Source: Carcharhinus amblyrhynchos
Lineage: Eukaryota
DNA: 64,000 nt
NCBI GenBank assembly: GCA_965287045.1
Contig: OZ336875.1
Coordinates: 54,622,001-54,686,000, forward strand
Direction of reading: 5' to 3'
Within the stretch, counting starts at the first letter, position 1. Every line of letters begins with the position of its first letter. The notes under the pieces were generated by a model. That model saw only the letters and a list, made by a program, of their open reading frames with translations, was not told where the DNA came from and ran no database searches. A program made the translations under genes and the position numbers. Positions 39,207-50,790 of the stretch are shown piece after piece.

Positions 39207-40773
39207 GTTACTCATGGCACTGACATCCAGTCACTCTTCCAAGCCCATCATGATTCACTATTCAAAAAGATCAGAATAAGTGTTGGTGGTAAAGGATAGA
39301 GTCAAACAAATTAATATTGTGGTTAATTTATTCATTTTAAGCTTGCTGAAGTTCAAGGGTTTGATTTCTGCTAATAAACAAACATTTGAGAGGACCAAGT
39401 CTGATATAAAAGCTGAGACCACAGCTACCTGAAAGGTATATATTTTGGAGTGTATGTGGCAAGCATTCATTTTCAGCCAAGCTATATTACCGGCAACACC
39501 ACCAGGCATTCTCTATCATTTTGCTAACAGTGCAGTTCTCCAAGAATTCCAGGGTTACATTCAGCCTCTCACAACCACAGACCTCAATTCCACTCACTGC
39601 TACAGTTTTCAATTTGATGTTATCAATGCAATATCCTGCTCTCCTTTCGTAACAGCAATCATTAAACCACAGCTCAGGATGGCTTGTGAAAAAATTATTA
39701 AACTGCCTCAAGGTTACCAACTAATGAAGTGTAATATCTAGAAGAGGACAAGAGACCAACCTCAGATAGTGCTCAATCACAGTGAATGCAGTTGATCAAT
39801 AGTAGTGCTTATCTGTTGTGCCAAATTTCCAACTCACAATATTAACCATAATGCAATGGGCTATAAAATATTAGTTTTTGTTAGTTCATATTCCCCAACC
39901 AGCTGATAAAAATATTTATTTTTAATGATTTCAGGTGACTATAAAGAAGAATTAAATCTAAAACAGTAATCATTTCACAATTGTTGCCTATACATTAGAC
40001 AATAGGATGGTATCATCACAGTAAAGTGCTTGAAAGAGTCATGAGTCCATGTTTGCACAATGGCTTGAGACAGTATTGCTGGATCACCAATTACAGACAA
40101 CATTACTGACCACTTCAAATCTCCAGCTAAAACTACGTTGAAAAGGCTTCTCAGTGCAGCAGATGTTTTGTGCACTTTAGCATCAACTTGCACAGCAGGA
40201 ACACTGCAGGAGTTTACACAGTAGGTCGTCTTTCATTGTTTCAGGAACTAAACCTGTCTGAAAGTGTCTCATTATTTTGACACTGTGTGAGCACTAAATC
40301 CAAATTGTTCACTCTTCTTTCTATACAATTAATGGAATTATTTCTTATTACCTTCTAATCATATGTTTTCAGCAGGCTGTAGTCAATTACTTATCTTGCC
40401 AAAATGTGTAGTCAAGCAGCATTATTGTTTTGATGTGAATCTACCTTGATCCTTTTCAACTTTTTCCTCCATTATAAGAGGCATTATCAACTCCCTCTTT
40501 AGGTTCCCCTTCTATGAAACAGATCATTCCTTGGATAAAAGGTGGCTAATTAGCTCCTTGACAAGTACTTACTTTTTTACTTCAACATATGGCAAGCTTG
40601 TTTTTCATCCACCGCTCAATGCCATGACTCGGATTGGTCACTTCACACAAACATTGGGCTGTCTTCTATATGCGTATTAAAACTGCTTGTCAGAATTTGT
40701 GCTGCTGTGTATAATATCACCATATTAAGAAGTCTCACAACACCAGGTTAAAGGTTTATTTGGTAGCAAATGC

Positions 40774-40808
40774 CACAAGCTTTCGGACCGCTGCTCATTC
40801 ATCAGGTG
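40774..40808 (-). ncRNA. Minimal type I hammerhead ribozyme motif in PLE terminus (stem II mismatched)
   Basis: CAC CUGAUGA A UGAGC AGC GGUCC GAAA GCUU GUG. Confidence 0.6.
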
Positions 40809-40918
40809 AGTGGGAGTTCTGTTCATAAACAGGGCATACAAAAACACAAACTCAATTTACAAAATAATGGTTGGATGCAAGTCTTTACAGGTAATCAAGT
40901 CTTAAAGGTGCAGACAAT

Positions 40919-41917
40919 AGGCCCGATTTTACTAAAAATTCGCGAAATCGTGGTAAATTCGGGCACCGGGCCTTTAACGCAATCTGCACCCGAAACTGAG
41001 CAGATCGCGCCTTTATTGACACTTGATTTGGGCGCAGATCCGGTCTGCACCCCAATTGGGCGGCCCAATGATTCAACTGACTTACTGAACCCCAATCTCT
41101 GGTTTGGCGGGGCCGGGGGGGGGGGGGCGGGTGGGGTGCGGTAGTGGTCTTGGGAGAATTTCCACCACATCCCCCCCCAACCAGGGATCTATCTGAGCCC
41201 GCCCGCCTCCTCCAGCAGACGCCAGCGGAAGGCCAGGAAGGTGCTGCAGGCTGTCCAACGAGTGCAGTAAGAAATCTCACAACACCAGGTTAAACTCCAA
41301 CAGGATGTTAACCTGGTGTTGTGAGACTTCTTACTGTGTGCACCCCAGCCCAACGCTGGCATCTCCACATCAAAGAGTGCAGGTCAGAAGAATGGTGGAG
41401 GGAGAGCAGCAATCCAGGTAGGTTGGGGTGTGCTCTGCCGAGGCGGGAGGGGGGTCAGATATGGGGGGAGGGGAAGGGACTGCCTCCTGGGGGCGGGGTC
41501 TGACTGTGGGGTGAAGGGCCTACCTCCCAGGGGGGTCTGATCGCCAGGGGGGTGGGGGGCTACCTCTGTGGGGGGGGGGGGGGGGGGGGTCCTGATCGGG
41601 GGCCATAAGCCAGGGGGGCCTGCCTCCCAGAGGGGTCCGATCTCAGCTCATTTCACACCACCCCCCCACCCCCTGCAATCTCCCGGCTCTGTCCGTTTTG
41701 TCTTTCGCGCCCAGGCATGCTGTTTCAGATTTTTTTTCAAACTGTGCATGTGCAGTTCAGAGCTCTGATCATTCCAGCAGCGTTAAGCCCCACCACAGCG
41801 CAGGCTGGACCGGAGCCGGCAAAAAAGCGTATGGGCGCACTGGAGCGAGGATTCCGCGCTCGGATCCGTTTTACATCCGGATCCAGCCCTTAGCCTCCAA
41901 TTGTTAAAATCAGGCCC
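40919..41917. mobile_element. ~1-kb GC-rich non-autonomous TIR element (PIF/Harbinger-group-like)
   Basis: TIRs AGGCCCGATTTTACTAA / GGGCCTGATTTTAACAA (13/17). AAT duplicated at 40916-40918 and 41918-41920. Removing it restores PLE sequence cagacaatgtgagtgg (compare 62052-62068). Confidence 0.85.
41268..41370 (+). mobile_element. Mini PLE hairpin insertion inside the TIR element
   Basis: Inverted repeat taagaaatctcacaacaccaggttaa / ttaacctggtgttgtgagacttctta plus the terminal extension. TSD caacgagtgcag (41256-41267) / caaagagtgcag (41371-41382). Confidence 0.85.
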
Positions 41918-43072
41918 AATGTGAGTGGAGAGAGGGTTAAGCACAGGTTAAAGAGACATGTGTTGTCTTCAACCAGGGTAGTTAGTGAGATTTTCAAAGT
42001 CCAGGCAAGTCGTGGGGGTTACAGATGGTGTGACATGAACATAAGATTCCGGTTGAGGCCGTCCTCATGTGTGTGCAACTTGGCTATCAGTCTCTGCTCA
42101 GTGACTCTGCTTTGTCATGGGTTGTGAAGGCCGCCTTAGAGAACGCTTACCTGAAGATCAGAGGCCGAGTGCCCGCGACCACTAAAATGTTCCCCAACAG
42201 GAAGAGAACACTCTTGCCTGGTGATTGTCAAGCGGTCTTCATTCGTCCGTTGTCACAGCATCTGCATGGTCTCCCCAATGTACCATGCCTCAGGACATCC
42301 TTTCCTGCAGCATATCAGGTAGACAACATTGGCCCTGTTGCAAGAGTGTGTACCACATACCTGGTTAATGATGTTCTCACATGAGGTGATGGCACCATGT
42401 GGATGATCTGGCATGTCTTGCAGCAGTTGCTGTGGCAGGGTTGTATGGTGTTGTGGTCACTGTTCTCCTGAAGGCTGGGTAGTTTACTGCATACAATGGT
42501 CTGTTTAAGGTTGTGCAGTGTTTGAAGGCAAAAAGTGGGGATGTGGGGATGGCCTTGGCAAGATGTTCGTCTTCATTGATGGCATGTTGAAGGTTCCGGA
42601 CAGCACTGGACGAAGAAGGGTACTCTGTCTGCTGTGTCCCGTGTTTGTCTTCTGAAGAGGTGCGGTTTTTCACTGTGAGGCATCAGAACTGTCGATTGAT
42701 GAGTCGAGCGCCATATCCTGTTCTTCTGAGGTCATCTTTCAGCAGCTGAAGGTGTCTGTTGCAATCCTCCTCATCTGAGCAGATCCTGGGTATACAGAGG
42801 GCTTGTCCATAGAAGATGGCTTCTTTAACATGTTTGGAGTGGAAGTTGAAGAAGTGGAGCATCATGAGGTTACCGTGGGCTTGCAGTACAGTGAAGTGCT
42901 GAGATGACCATCCTTGATGGAGATGCGTGTGTCCAAGAATGCAGCCGAAGAAGCTATATACACCTGTAACTCAGCCAACATTGTCTACCTGATACGCTGC
43001 AGGAAAGGATGTCCTGAGGCATGGTACACTGGGGAGGCCATGCAGAGGCTATGACAACGGATGAATGAACAC

Positions 43073-45063
43073 TAAGAGAAATGGGCTAAGAGTAGTGGGC
43101 GAGAAGAGGATTGGGAGAGGTTTAAATGTCAACAAAGATTGACAAAGAAGTTGATAAAGAAGGGTAGGAGAAACTATGAAGCTGGGCTAGCGCTTAATAT
43201 AAAAAAGGATAGCAAGAGTTTTTATAAATATATAAAAAGGAAGAGGCTGGCTAGGGTGAATGTTGGTCCTTTAGAGGATGAGAAAGGGGACCTAGTGGTA
43301 GGGGATGAGGATATGGCTAAGGTATTGAATAACTTTTTTGTTTCTGTCTTCACGGAGGAGGACGTGAATAATTTGCCGGGTGTTAGCGATGGAAAGGTGG
43401 TAGGACTGGAGGGTCTTAATGACATTACTGTTACTAGAGAGGCGGTGCTCGACAGACTGGAGGGGCTGATTGTGGACAAGTCCCCAGGACCGGATGGAAT
43501 GCATCCGAGGGTTCTGAAAGAAATGGCGGAGGTGATAGTGGATGCCTTGGTGGTTATTTTCCAGACGTCGCTGGATTCCGGGGAAGTGCCGGATGATTGG
43601 AAAACGGCTAATGTTACGCCGTTGTTTAAGAAGGGTGCCAGGCAAAAGGCGGGGAATTATAGGCCGGTTAGTTTAACGTCTGTGGTAGGTAAAATGTTAG
43701 AATCTGTCATTAAGGAGGAAATTGCGAGGCATCTTGAAGGGAATTGCTTGACAGAGCAGACGCAGCACGGTTTCATTAAAGGGAAGTCGTGTCTGACAAA
43801 TTTACTGGAGTTCTATGAGGATGTGTCTAGGGCGGTGGATAGAGGAGAGCCGGTGGATGTGGTCTTTCTAGATTTTCAGAAGGCGTTTGACAAAGTACCT
43901 CACAAGAGGTTATTGCAGAAGGTCGAGGGACATGGAGTTGGGGGTAGGGTGTTAGCGTGAATAGAGGATTGGTTGTCAAATAGGAGGCAGAGAGTGGGGG
44001 TCAACGGGTGCTATTCGGATTGGCGGATGGTGACTAGTGGAGTGCCCCAGGGGTCGGTGCTGGGGCCTCAGCTATTTACCATTTATATAGATGATCTGGA
44101 GGAGGGAACCGAGTGTAGGGTGTCGAAATTTGCTGATGACACCAAGATTGGGGGAATGGCAAATTGTGCGGAGGGTGTGGTGAGTCTGCAGAAGGATCTA
44201 GATAGGCTGGGCGAATGGGCCAGGAAATGGCAAATGGAATTTAATGTTGGCAAGTGTGAGGTGGTCCACTTTGGTAGGAAGAATGGTAGGAAGGACTATT
44301 ACTTACGGGGCGAAAAACTGCAGCAGGCGACGGTGCAGAGGGACCTCGGGGTCCTTGTGCATGAGTCGCAAAAACCCAGCTTGCAGGTGCAGCAGGTGGT
44401 CAGGAAGGCGAATGGGATGCTGGCCTTCATAGCGAGGGGGATTGAATATAAAAGTAGGGAGGTCTTGCTGCAGCTGTATAGGGCATTGGTGAGGCCGCAG
44501 CTGGAGTACTGTGTGCAGTTTTGGGTGCCGCACCTGCGCAAAGATATTTTGGCCTTGGAGGGAGTGCAGAGGAGGTTTACTAGGCTGATACCGGAGTTGA
44601 GGGGGTTGAGCTATGAGGAGAGGCTGAATAAACTGGGCTTGTACTCGTTAGAGTTTAGAAGAATGAGGGGAGATCTCATTGAGACGTATAAGATGATGAA
44701 TGGGATGGATAGGATAGAGGTGGAGAGAGTCTTCCCGCTCAAAAAAGACAGTAGGACTAGGGGGCACAGCCTCAAGATAAAAGGGGGGCGGTTTAGAACA
44801 GAGTTGAGGAGGAACTTCTTCACTCAAAGGGTGGTGAATCTCTGGAATTCTCTGCCCACTGAAGTGGTGGAGGCTGCCTCGCTAAATATTTTTAAGACGC
44901 GGGTTGATGGGTTTTTGATAAGAGAGGGGATTAAGGGTTATGGGGAGAGGGCGGGAAAGTGGAACTGAGCAGCGACAGATCAGCCATGATCTTATTGAAT
45001 GGCGGGGCAGGCTCGAAGGGCTAGATGGCCTACTCCTGCTCCTATTTCTTATGTTCTTATGTT
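43073..45063 (+). mobile_element. Young 5'-truncated CR1 LINE nested in the PLE GIY-YIG region
   Basis: CpG-rich with a nearly intact ORF2 and tail cctatttcttatgttcttatgtt. PLE sequence resumes at about 45067. Confidence 0.97.
43139..44968 (+). pseudogene. CR1 ORF2 reverse transcriptase (endonuclease missing; one in-frame TGA at 43958-43960)
   Basis: ORFs 43139-43960 and 43973-44968 are in the same frame. Motifs [45 protein letters not shown]. Confidence 0.95.
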
Positions 45064-45481
45064 ATTAACGCTGCTCCACAATAACCAGGCAAGTCTGTTC
45101 TCTTCCTGTTGGGGAACACTGCAACGGTCATGGGCATTCAGCCTCTGATCTTCCAGTAAGTGTTCTCCAAGGCAACCTTCATGACACATGACAACACAGA
45201 GTCGCTGAGCAGGGACTGATAGCCAAGTTCACACACATGACAACAGCCTCAGCCGGGATCTTGGGTTCATGTCACATTATCTGCAACCCCCACAACTTGC
45301 CTGGGCTTGCAAAATCTCACTAACTGTCCTGTCTGGAAACAATACACATCTCTTTAACCTGTGCTTAACCCTCTCTCCACTCACATTGTCAGTACCTTTA
45401 AGACTTGATTACCCTTAAAGACTCATTATTTTGTAAATTGAGTTTGTCTTTATATGCCCTGTTTGAGAACAAAGCTCCCAC

Positions 45482-45518
45482 TTACCTGATGAAGGAGCAG
45501 CACTCCAAAAGCTAGTGG
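45482..45518 (+). ncRNA. Hammerhead motif in PLE terminus, core mutated (GAAA to AAAA)
   Basis: UUAC CUGAUGA A GGAGC AGC ACUCC AAAA GCUA GUGG. Confidence 0.5.
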
Positions 45519-45884
45519 CTTGTGCTACCAAATAAACGTGTTGGACTTTAACCTGGTGCTGTGAGATTCCTTACTGTGTTTATCCCAGCCCAATGCCAGC
45601 ACCTCCACACAGTGTCACCATGTCTCTGCAAGTTTGTGTCCAGCAAACCAGGAGATCTGCATTTGATGTCATATGATAACAGGAGTTAAAGTGGAAGTTT
45701 ATTTCCTCACCCAGTTTCTAGACGGAAGCCTGAAGATGAATTGACTATAATGAAATTATAAGTTAGTTGACTCACTAAGTCCTGAGTGCTAATCAAATTA
45801 TAATAATTAAAGCAGCAAACAATACAAGAGACTTGGACATTGCAAGCACATCTCTGGCCTGCAAAGCAATGCATATGCTGCATT

Positions 45885-46440
45885 TTCTTCTATTCTTTCA
45901 TGTTATTTGGGTATCATTGGTTAGGTCAGCTTTTAATACCTATCCCTAATTGATCCTGAGAAAGGTAGTGGTGAGCCACTTTCTTGAACCATTGCAGTTG
46001 ACATGATGTAGGTACAGCCATGGTGCTCTTAGGAAAGGGGTCCCAAAATTTGGAACAAGTAATAGTGAAGGAACAACAATATAATTCTAAGTCAGGATAA
46101 CAAGAAGCTTAGAGGAGAACCTGCAGATTCCATGCAACAGTTGTCTTTGACCTTTTAGGTGGCAGGGGTCATGGCATTAGAAAATGCTGCTGGATGAACC
46201 TTGTGGAACTGCTGCAGTGCATCTTATAGATGGTACATACTGCTGCCACTTCGCATTGGTGGTGGACGGAGTGAATGTTTAAGGTGGTGGATTGGAGGCC
46301 AATCAAGTGGGATGCTTTGCTTCAGATGGTGTTTAGTTCTTGAGTGTTGTTGCAACTGCACACATCCAGGCAAGTGGAAAATATTCAGTTACACTCCGGA
46401 TTTGTGCCTTGTAGGTAGTGGACAGGATATGGAGAGATAA
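45885..46440 (-). mobile_element. CR1/Zenon-like LINE 3' part
   Basis: Homologous to 38228-38860 and to the tail at 60260-60330. Confidence 0.8.
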
Positions 46441-46589
46441 AGACAATGACTCTCCGTTAAAAAAAACCAGAGGGGGTCGATCTTATCAAAAAAAAATCTA
46501 AGTGCTGAGCAGCTGTGAAAATAGGAGTGAATTGCACCTTTTTGTGGTGAGTTAAAATTCAATCTTATCACATTCTGAGAAGAAAATGA

Positions 46590-49035
46590 AGCAAGATCTG
46601 TTTCCCACCATCAGAGGGCAGGGTAGGGCCTAAGCATGCTGAAAGCTGGCTGTCTGCAGCAGAAGGTGCTATTGCACATGCACAGAGATCTGTCACTGCC
46701 TTGCCCCAGCTACAGCTGGTCTCCATGGTCAATCACCTTCTCTTCCCCCCCCAACTTTCCCGGTTGTGCTCTGCAGCCACTACTCTCCACCCCACTTGCA
46801 TCAATCATTCCCTCCCCACCCTCCTGCATAGACCGGCCTGATTAACCATCCACTCCCCAGCCTCCTGATCCCTGTTGCAGATATGTAGCACTTATTCCTC
46901 CCCCTTAATCCCAGTTGTAGAGTGTGCATCATTCCCTGCCTGTCTCCACCTTAGGCCCTGCTTCTTCAGGCCCTAAGTCTCCAAGTACAGCCTGGCCTCT
47001 CTAGCCCTGCCCCCTTGACACTGCCCGGTGCTCAGTGGGCACTGCCCAAGGAGCACCCCCTCCCTTGCCCTTGACCTTCCGGGGGTGCATCAATAGCCTC
47101 CAGTTCTACCAGCGAAGCCATCATGACAGGTCTCCGTAGATGGGAACCATATATGATACTCACCGATGAGAATCTTTTCCAGCGAGGCCGCTAAGCCAAG
47201 TGAGCCTGGACAACTGCATCTTACGCTCACTTGTAATATTTAAATTCTGGATATCTGGTGTCAGTAAGATCGCAGGAGGCAGGGAATCAGGCACAAATCC
47301 GTTTTTCAACTCTCTCACGTTCTTACTGGCTTGCCCCATCCATCGATGTCCAGGATGAGAGAGTAAGTTCATCCCTGGAGTGTTTCCCTTGGTGTTAGCA
47401 ATGCTTCCCCACCCCTAACCACATTTAGGGGGAAAGAAAATCCCCTATGGGAAACACACCAGCCAGCCTGGCCTCCTGGAGATCCGGGTACACCTCTTAA
47501 AGGCCATCCCGCTCTCAGCATTCCCCACTAGACTCACCTTCCCCCCACAACAGACTTAGCAAATACGGACTGATAAGGGGAGCATGCACAACAGCTCAGC
47601 AGAGAGGGCCATCCTCTTCCCTAGGCCACTAAAGAAACAGTTCATCCTTTTGCCCTCCCCCCGAACACTGCCCCCCACCCACTATACCATGCAAGCATGA
47701 GGATGACCTGACACCACCCCCCTTCAAGTAAGAGGCCTCACCCCCCCCACCCCTCCACAAGACACTTAATATGGAGTCTCTTCAGATCCGATTCCTTTTT
47801 ATGCTACCCCCCTCCCCCATGGTAATGCCATCCTTGCACTATCTCCTGTGGTTAAGAACAAACATGTTTATAAACATAGGTTAGAAAAGAGGAAGTGGAA
47901 GCTCCTGCATGCTGTGAAATAACCTGGACTTGTCAATCAGAAAAGGCTTGTTTATAAACACTGTGGTTAGAAAAAAGGAAGTATTCTAGATATATTCAAC
48001 CACGAAGGGAAACAAAAATAAACAAAGCTCCTACTGCTGTGTAATAGCTTGAACCTGTCAATCAAGAGGCTGAATAAAGATACTAGATTGTTAAATTTAA
48101 TGTAACCAAAGCTTTTCAAAACATTTGAGCTTTCTACGAAGGTTCAGAGATAGAAGAAAAGTGCAGTGTTCAAAAATGGGGCCAAGTGAGCAGCTGTAGT
48201 GAAAAGAGGAAATACTAGCAGCTTACTGGATTGTATCAACAATGAACTGTTCGATCAACTCTGCAGATCCAATCAGAGCAGTTGCAAGTGCTGCAGCTTC
48301 AGTTCATACAGGCTAGAAAAAGGGAATCTCCTGAGTAAAACTGACATCTCCTATAGGTCAGTGGGCAAAGGGGTCTGTTCACATTTGGAGCTTCTGAGAG
48401 AGGGTATCAGAACCTCTTCTGTAGAATGGAGTGCTGCGGTGGTCCATTGGCTTTCAGGTGCCCAGAGCGCATGGATATTAAAGTGACCAGCCCACATTGA
48501 AGGTTTCGCAGTACATAGATAAGAATGAAGATTTTTACAGAAAGTTGCCTGAGATTACCATGCTAAGAGCAATGTCCACTTTTCCCATGGCTAGAAGGGA
48601 CAGTCCGGATTCATCCCCTGTGAGAATCCCAAGGTCAACCCCTTCCCCTCAGCTCGAGCTCACCCAACTCCCAAGTCCCATGGGGGACCCTCCCTCTGCA
48701 GCCTAGTAGCAGTTGAGGGCTGCATGGGCACAGAACCTACCTCCACCTCAGAGCCCAAGATACCACATCCAGTCAGGACCTGTACTGTTTGGTATCTGTT
48801 GGGCTTTCCACTGGGTGGGGAAAGGGTGGCAGCATACCAGGAGGCCAGAGGATCTGGCCTCAAACCTGGTAATAAGATGTTAATTTGATTTTAAGTGTAC
48901 TCAGGGCGGGTGGGAACTTGATCAGGGCCATGAGGCAGGCTGGTAGAATCGCTTGACACTTGGCGTGATTCCCATTTTGGCCTTCATGCCAGGACTGATC
49001 CCGCCTGCAGCTAGCAGGAGCGAACAATCGGCCCC
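46590..49035. repeat. Cluster of GC-rich MITE-like or unclassified repeats
   Basis: C-rich tracts, TIR-like ends (gtaagttcatccc about 47375; aatcggcccc about 49035), and an internal direct duplication (ggttagaaaa..aagctcct..ctgtcaatca) at 47850-48070. Structure not resolved. Confidence 0.3.
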
Positions 49036-49052
49036 AGAAAGTGAGTTGTTTC

Positions 49053-49145
49053 GCCACAGAATTCCCAGCCTTTGACTTGGTCTTGTAGCCACAGTATTTA
49101 TAAGACTGGTCCAGATCAGTTTCTGGTCAACGATAATCTCCAGGC
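49053..49145 (-). mobile_element. CR1/Zenon-like internal fragment
   Basis: IVDQKLIWTSLINTVATRPSQRLGILWR, homologous to 58080-58170. Confidence 0.7.
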
Positions 49146-49914
49146 GGTAACAACGAATATCCAAAGGGTGAGAAACAGAAAGCAGTACACAACTCATATT
49201 TATTGCTAAAACAACAATTCCCTAAAGAAAGGTTATAATTCCACAACAGATGGCACCAATAGGAATGTTAAAATGATCAGCAAAGAAATTTCAAATCCAC
49301 AATTATTTTCTCTGAAATATCCTGTTCTCTTTAAAAAATACAGATTTATTTATAAATATCAGGGTAAGAGATGAACAACAAGGGAACCTGTTCAACATTC
49401 AGTTGATATGCAGCTGGGGCTGTCAGAGTCCAAGACAACAAACTGAAATCACAACGTGGAGAAGCAACATGCTGAGTAATGCATTTGGAGGGTGTGCAGA
49501 ACTCAGGTTCAGTAGCATTACACATTGGGTGCTTTGGCTTATGGGCAGCCCAATGACATTAGAAAGTACATTGTGCACCATCTGGACATGGTCTTTGTGC
49601 GCAACACAATTAAGAGCTTAACATTCTTGCACGTCTGCAATGTTTGTCACAGGCAGCTGAGCCTTTTTGGTCTGGAAACTTCCATAAAATATGACTACAA
49701 CAGCCAAATAGAGAACGTTGTCTCTCTAGGCCAAACAAAACTAAAGGGAAGACTTCCATTTATGTGGGGACTTTGACAATCCCAGGACATTTCCGAATGG
49801 CTTTCCAGCCAATTAAGTGGGGTTTTTTTTGAAGGATGGTGGATAATGTTGAACATGAACTTGGCAATTTTTGCACATCAAGGTCTCGCAAACAGCAATG
49901 GGACACTAACCAGA

Positions 49915-50569
49915 ACAGACCCCTGTCTACATCAAGGGAACAAAGTAGAAATAGTTGAGAGCTTTCATGTTTTTAGGTGTCCAGATTACCAACAACCTGT
50001 CCTGGTCCCCCCATGCTGACACTACAATTAAGAAATTCCACCAATACTTCCACTTCCTCAGAAAACTAAGGAAATTCAGAAAACTAAGGAAATACAACTC
50101 TAGCCAACTTTTACAAGTTCACCATAGAAAGCATTCTTTCTGGTTGTATCACAGCTTAATGTGGCTCTCGCTCTGCCCAAGACTGCAAGGAGCTACAAAA
50201 GGTTGTCAATGTAGCAGAATCCATTGACTGTCTACACTTCCCGCTGCCTCAGCAAAGCTGCCAGCATAATTAAGGGCCCCACGCACCCCAGACATACTTT
50301 CTTCCACCTCCTTCCATCAGGAAAAAGATACAAAAGTCTGAGCTCACATATCAATCGACTCAAGAACAGCTTCTTCCCTGCAGCCATCAGACTATTGAAT
50401 GGATCTACCTCGCACTAAATTGATCTTTCTCTACACTCAAACTATGACTGGAACACTTCATTCTGCACCCTCTCCTTTCCTTCTCTATGAACGGTATGCT
50501 TTGTCTGCATAATGCACAAAAAACAATAATTTTCACTGTAAATACACGTGACAATAATAAATCAAATCA
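49915..50569 (+). mobile_element. Rex1/Babar LINE 3' fragment
   Basis: FLGVQITNNLSWS..KKFHQYFHFLRKLRKF; LLPSGKRYKSL..NRLKNSFFPAAIRLLN. Ends gtgacaataataaatcaaatca. Contains an 18-bp tandem duplication cagaaaactaaggaaat. Confidence 0.9.
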
Positions 50570-50594
50570 GTTCTTAACTAAGTACAAATGGTTT

Positions 50595-50790
50595 GGCAGT
50601 GCAATTAATGATGCTGTCAAACATGTAAATCTCTCTGATTATGTACTGTCTAAAAGTGAAGAGCTTGTTCTTGTGCTTGGTTTCAATTTTGGTGTGCCTT
50701 TGTCCCACATTAAACAGGAAGAGTTCAATCTGTTATGCTCCCAGCTATCCCACCACAGACTACTGAAGACACTGAATCCTTGAAAGCCTA
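50595..50790 (+). mobile_element. PLE ORF N-terminal fragment (second family)
   Basis: VNLSDYVLSKSEELVLVLGFNFGVP resembles the PLE motif also seen near 63570-63640 (VNL*DYTL*PDEIEVLSRGHNFCP). Confidence 0.5.

Larger units (their letters stand above)
40726..45611. mobile_element. Penelope-like element with an inverted arm (40726-~42950, -) and a direct arm (~42955-45611, +), carrying nested insertions
   Basis: RT/thumb remnants (FLDTRISIKD, FHSKHVKEAIFYGQAL) and GIY-YIG region (CNSANIVYLIRCRKGCPEAWYTGE). The arms are reverse complements. Degenerate TSD tatcaccatat (40715-40725) / tgtcaccatgt (45613-45623). Confidence 0.9.

Noticed and set aside
39930-40230. Micro-exon ag/GTGACTATAAAGAAGAA... 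and ORF 39975-40193
   Set aside because: Weak splice donor, no recognisable protein and no supporting neighbouring exons.
41105-41600. Poly-G tracts, G-quadruplex potential and Pro/Gly-rich ORFs
   Set aside because: Low-complexity interior of the non-autonomous TIR element, with no evidence of function.
43958-43960. In-frame TGA as programmed readthrough or selenocysteine
   Set aside because: It sits at an expected Trp codon (TGG to TGA) in a 5'-truncated LINE copy, so an ordinary nonsense mutation is the simplest explanation.
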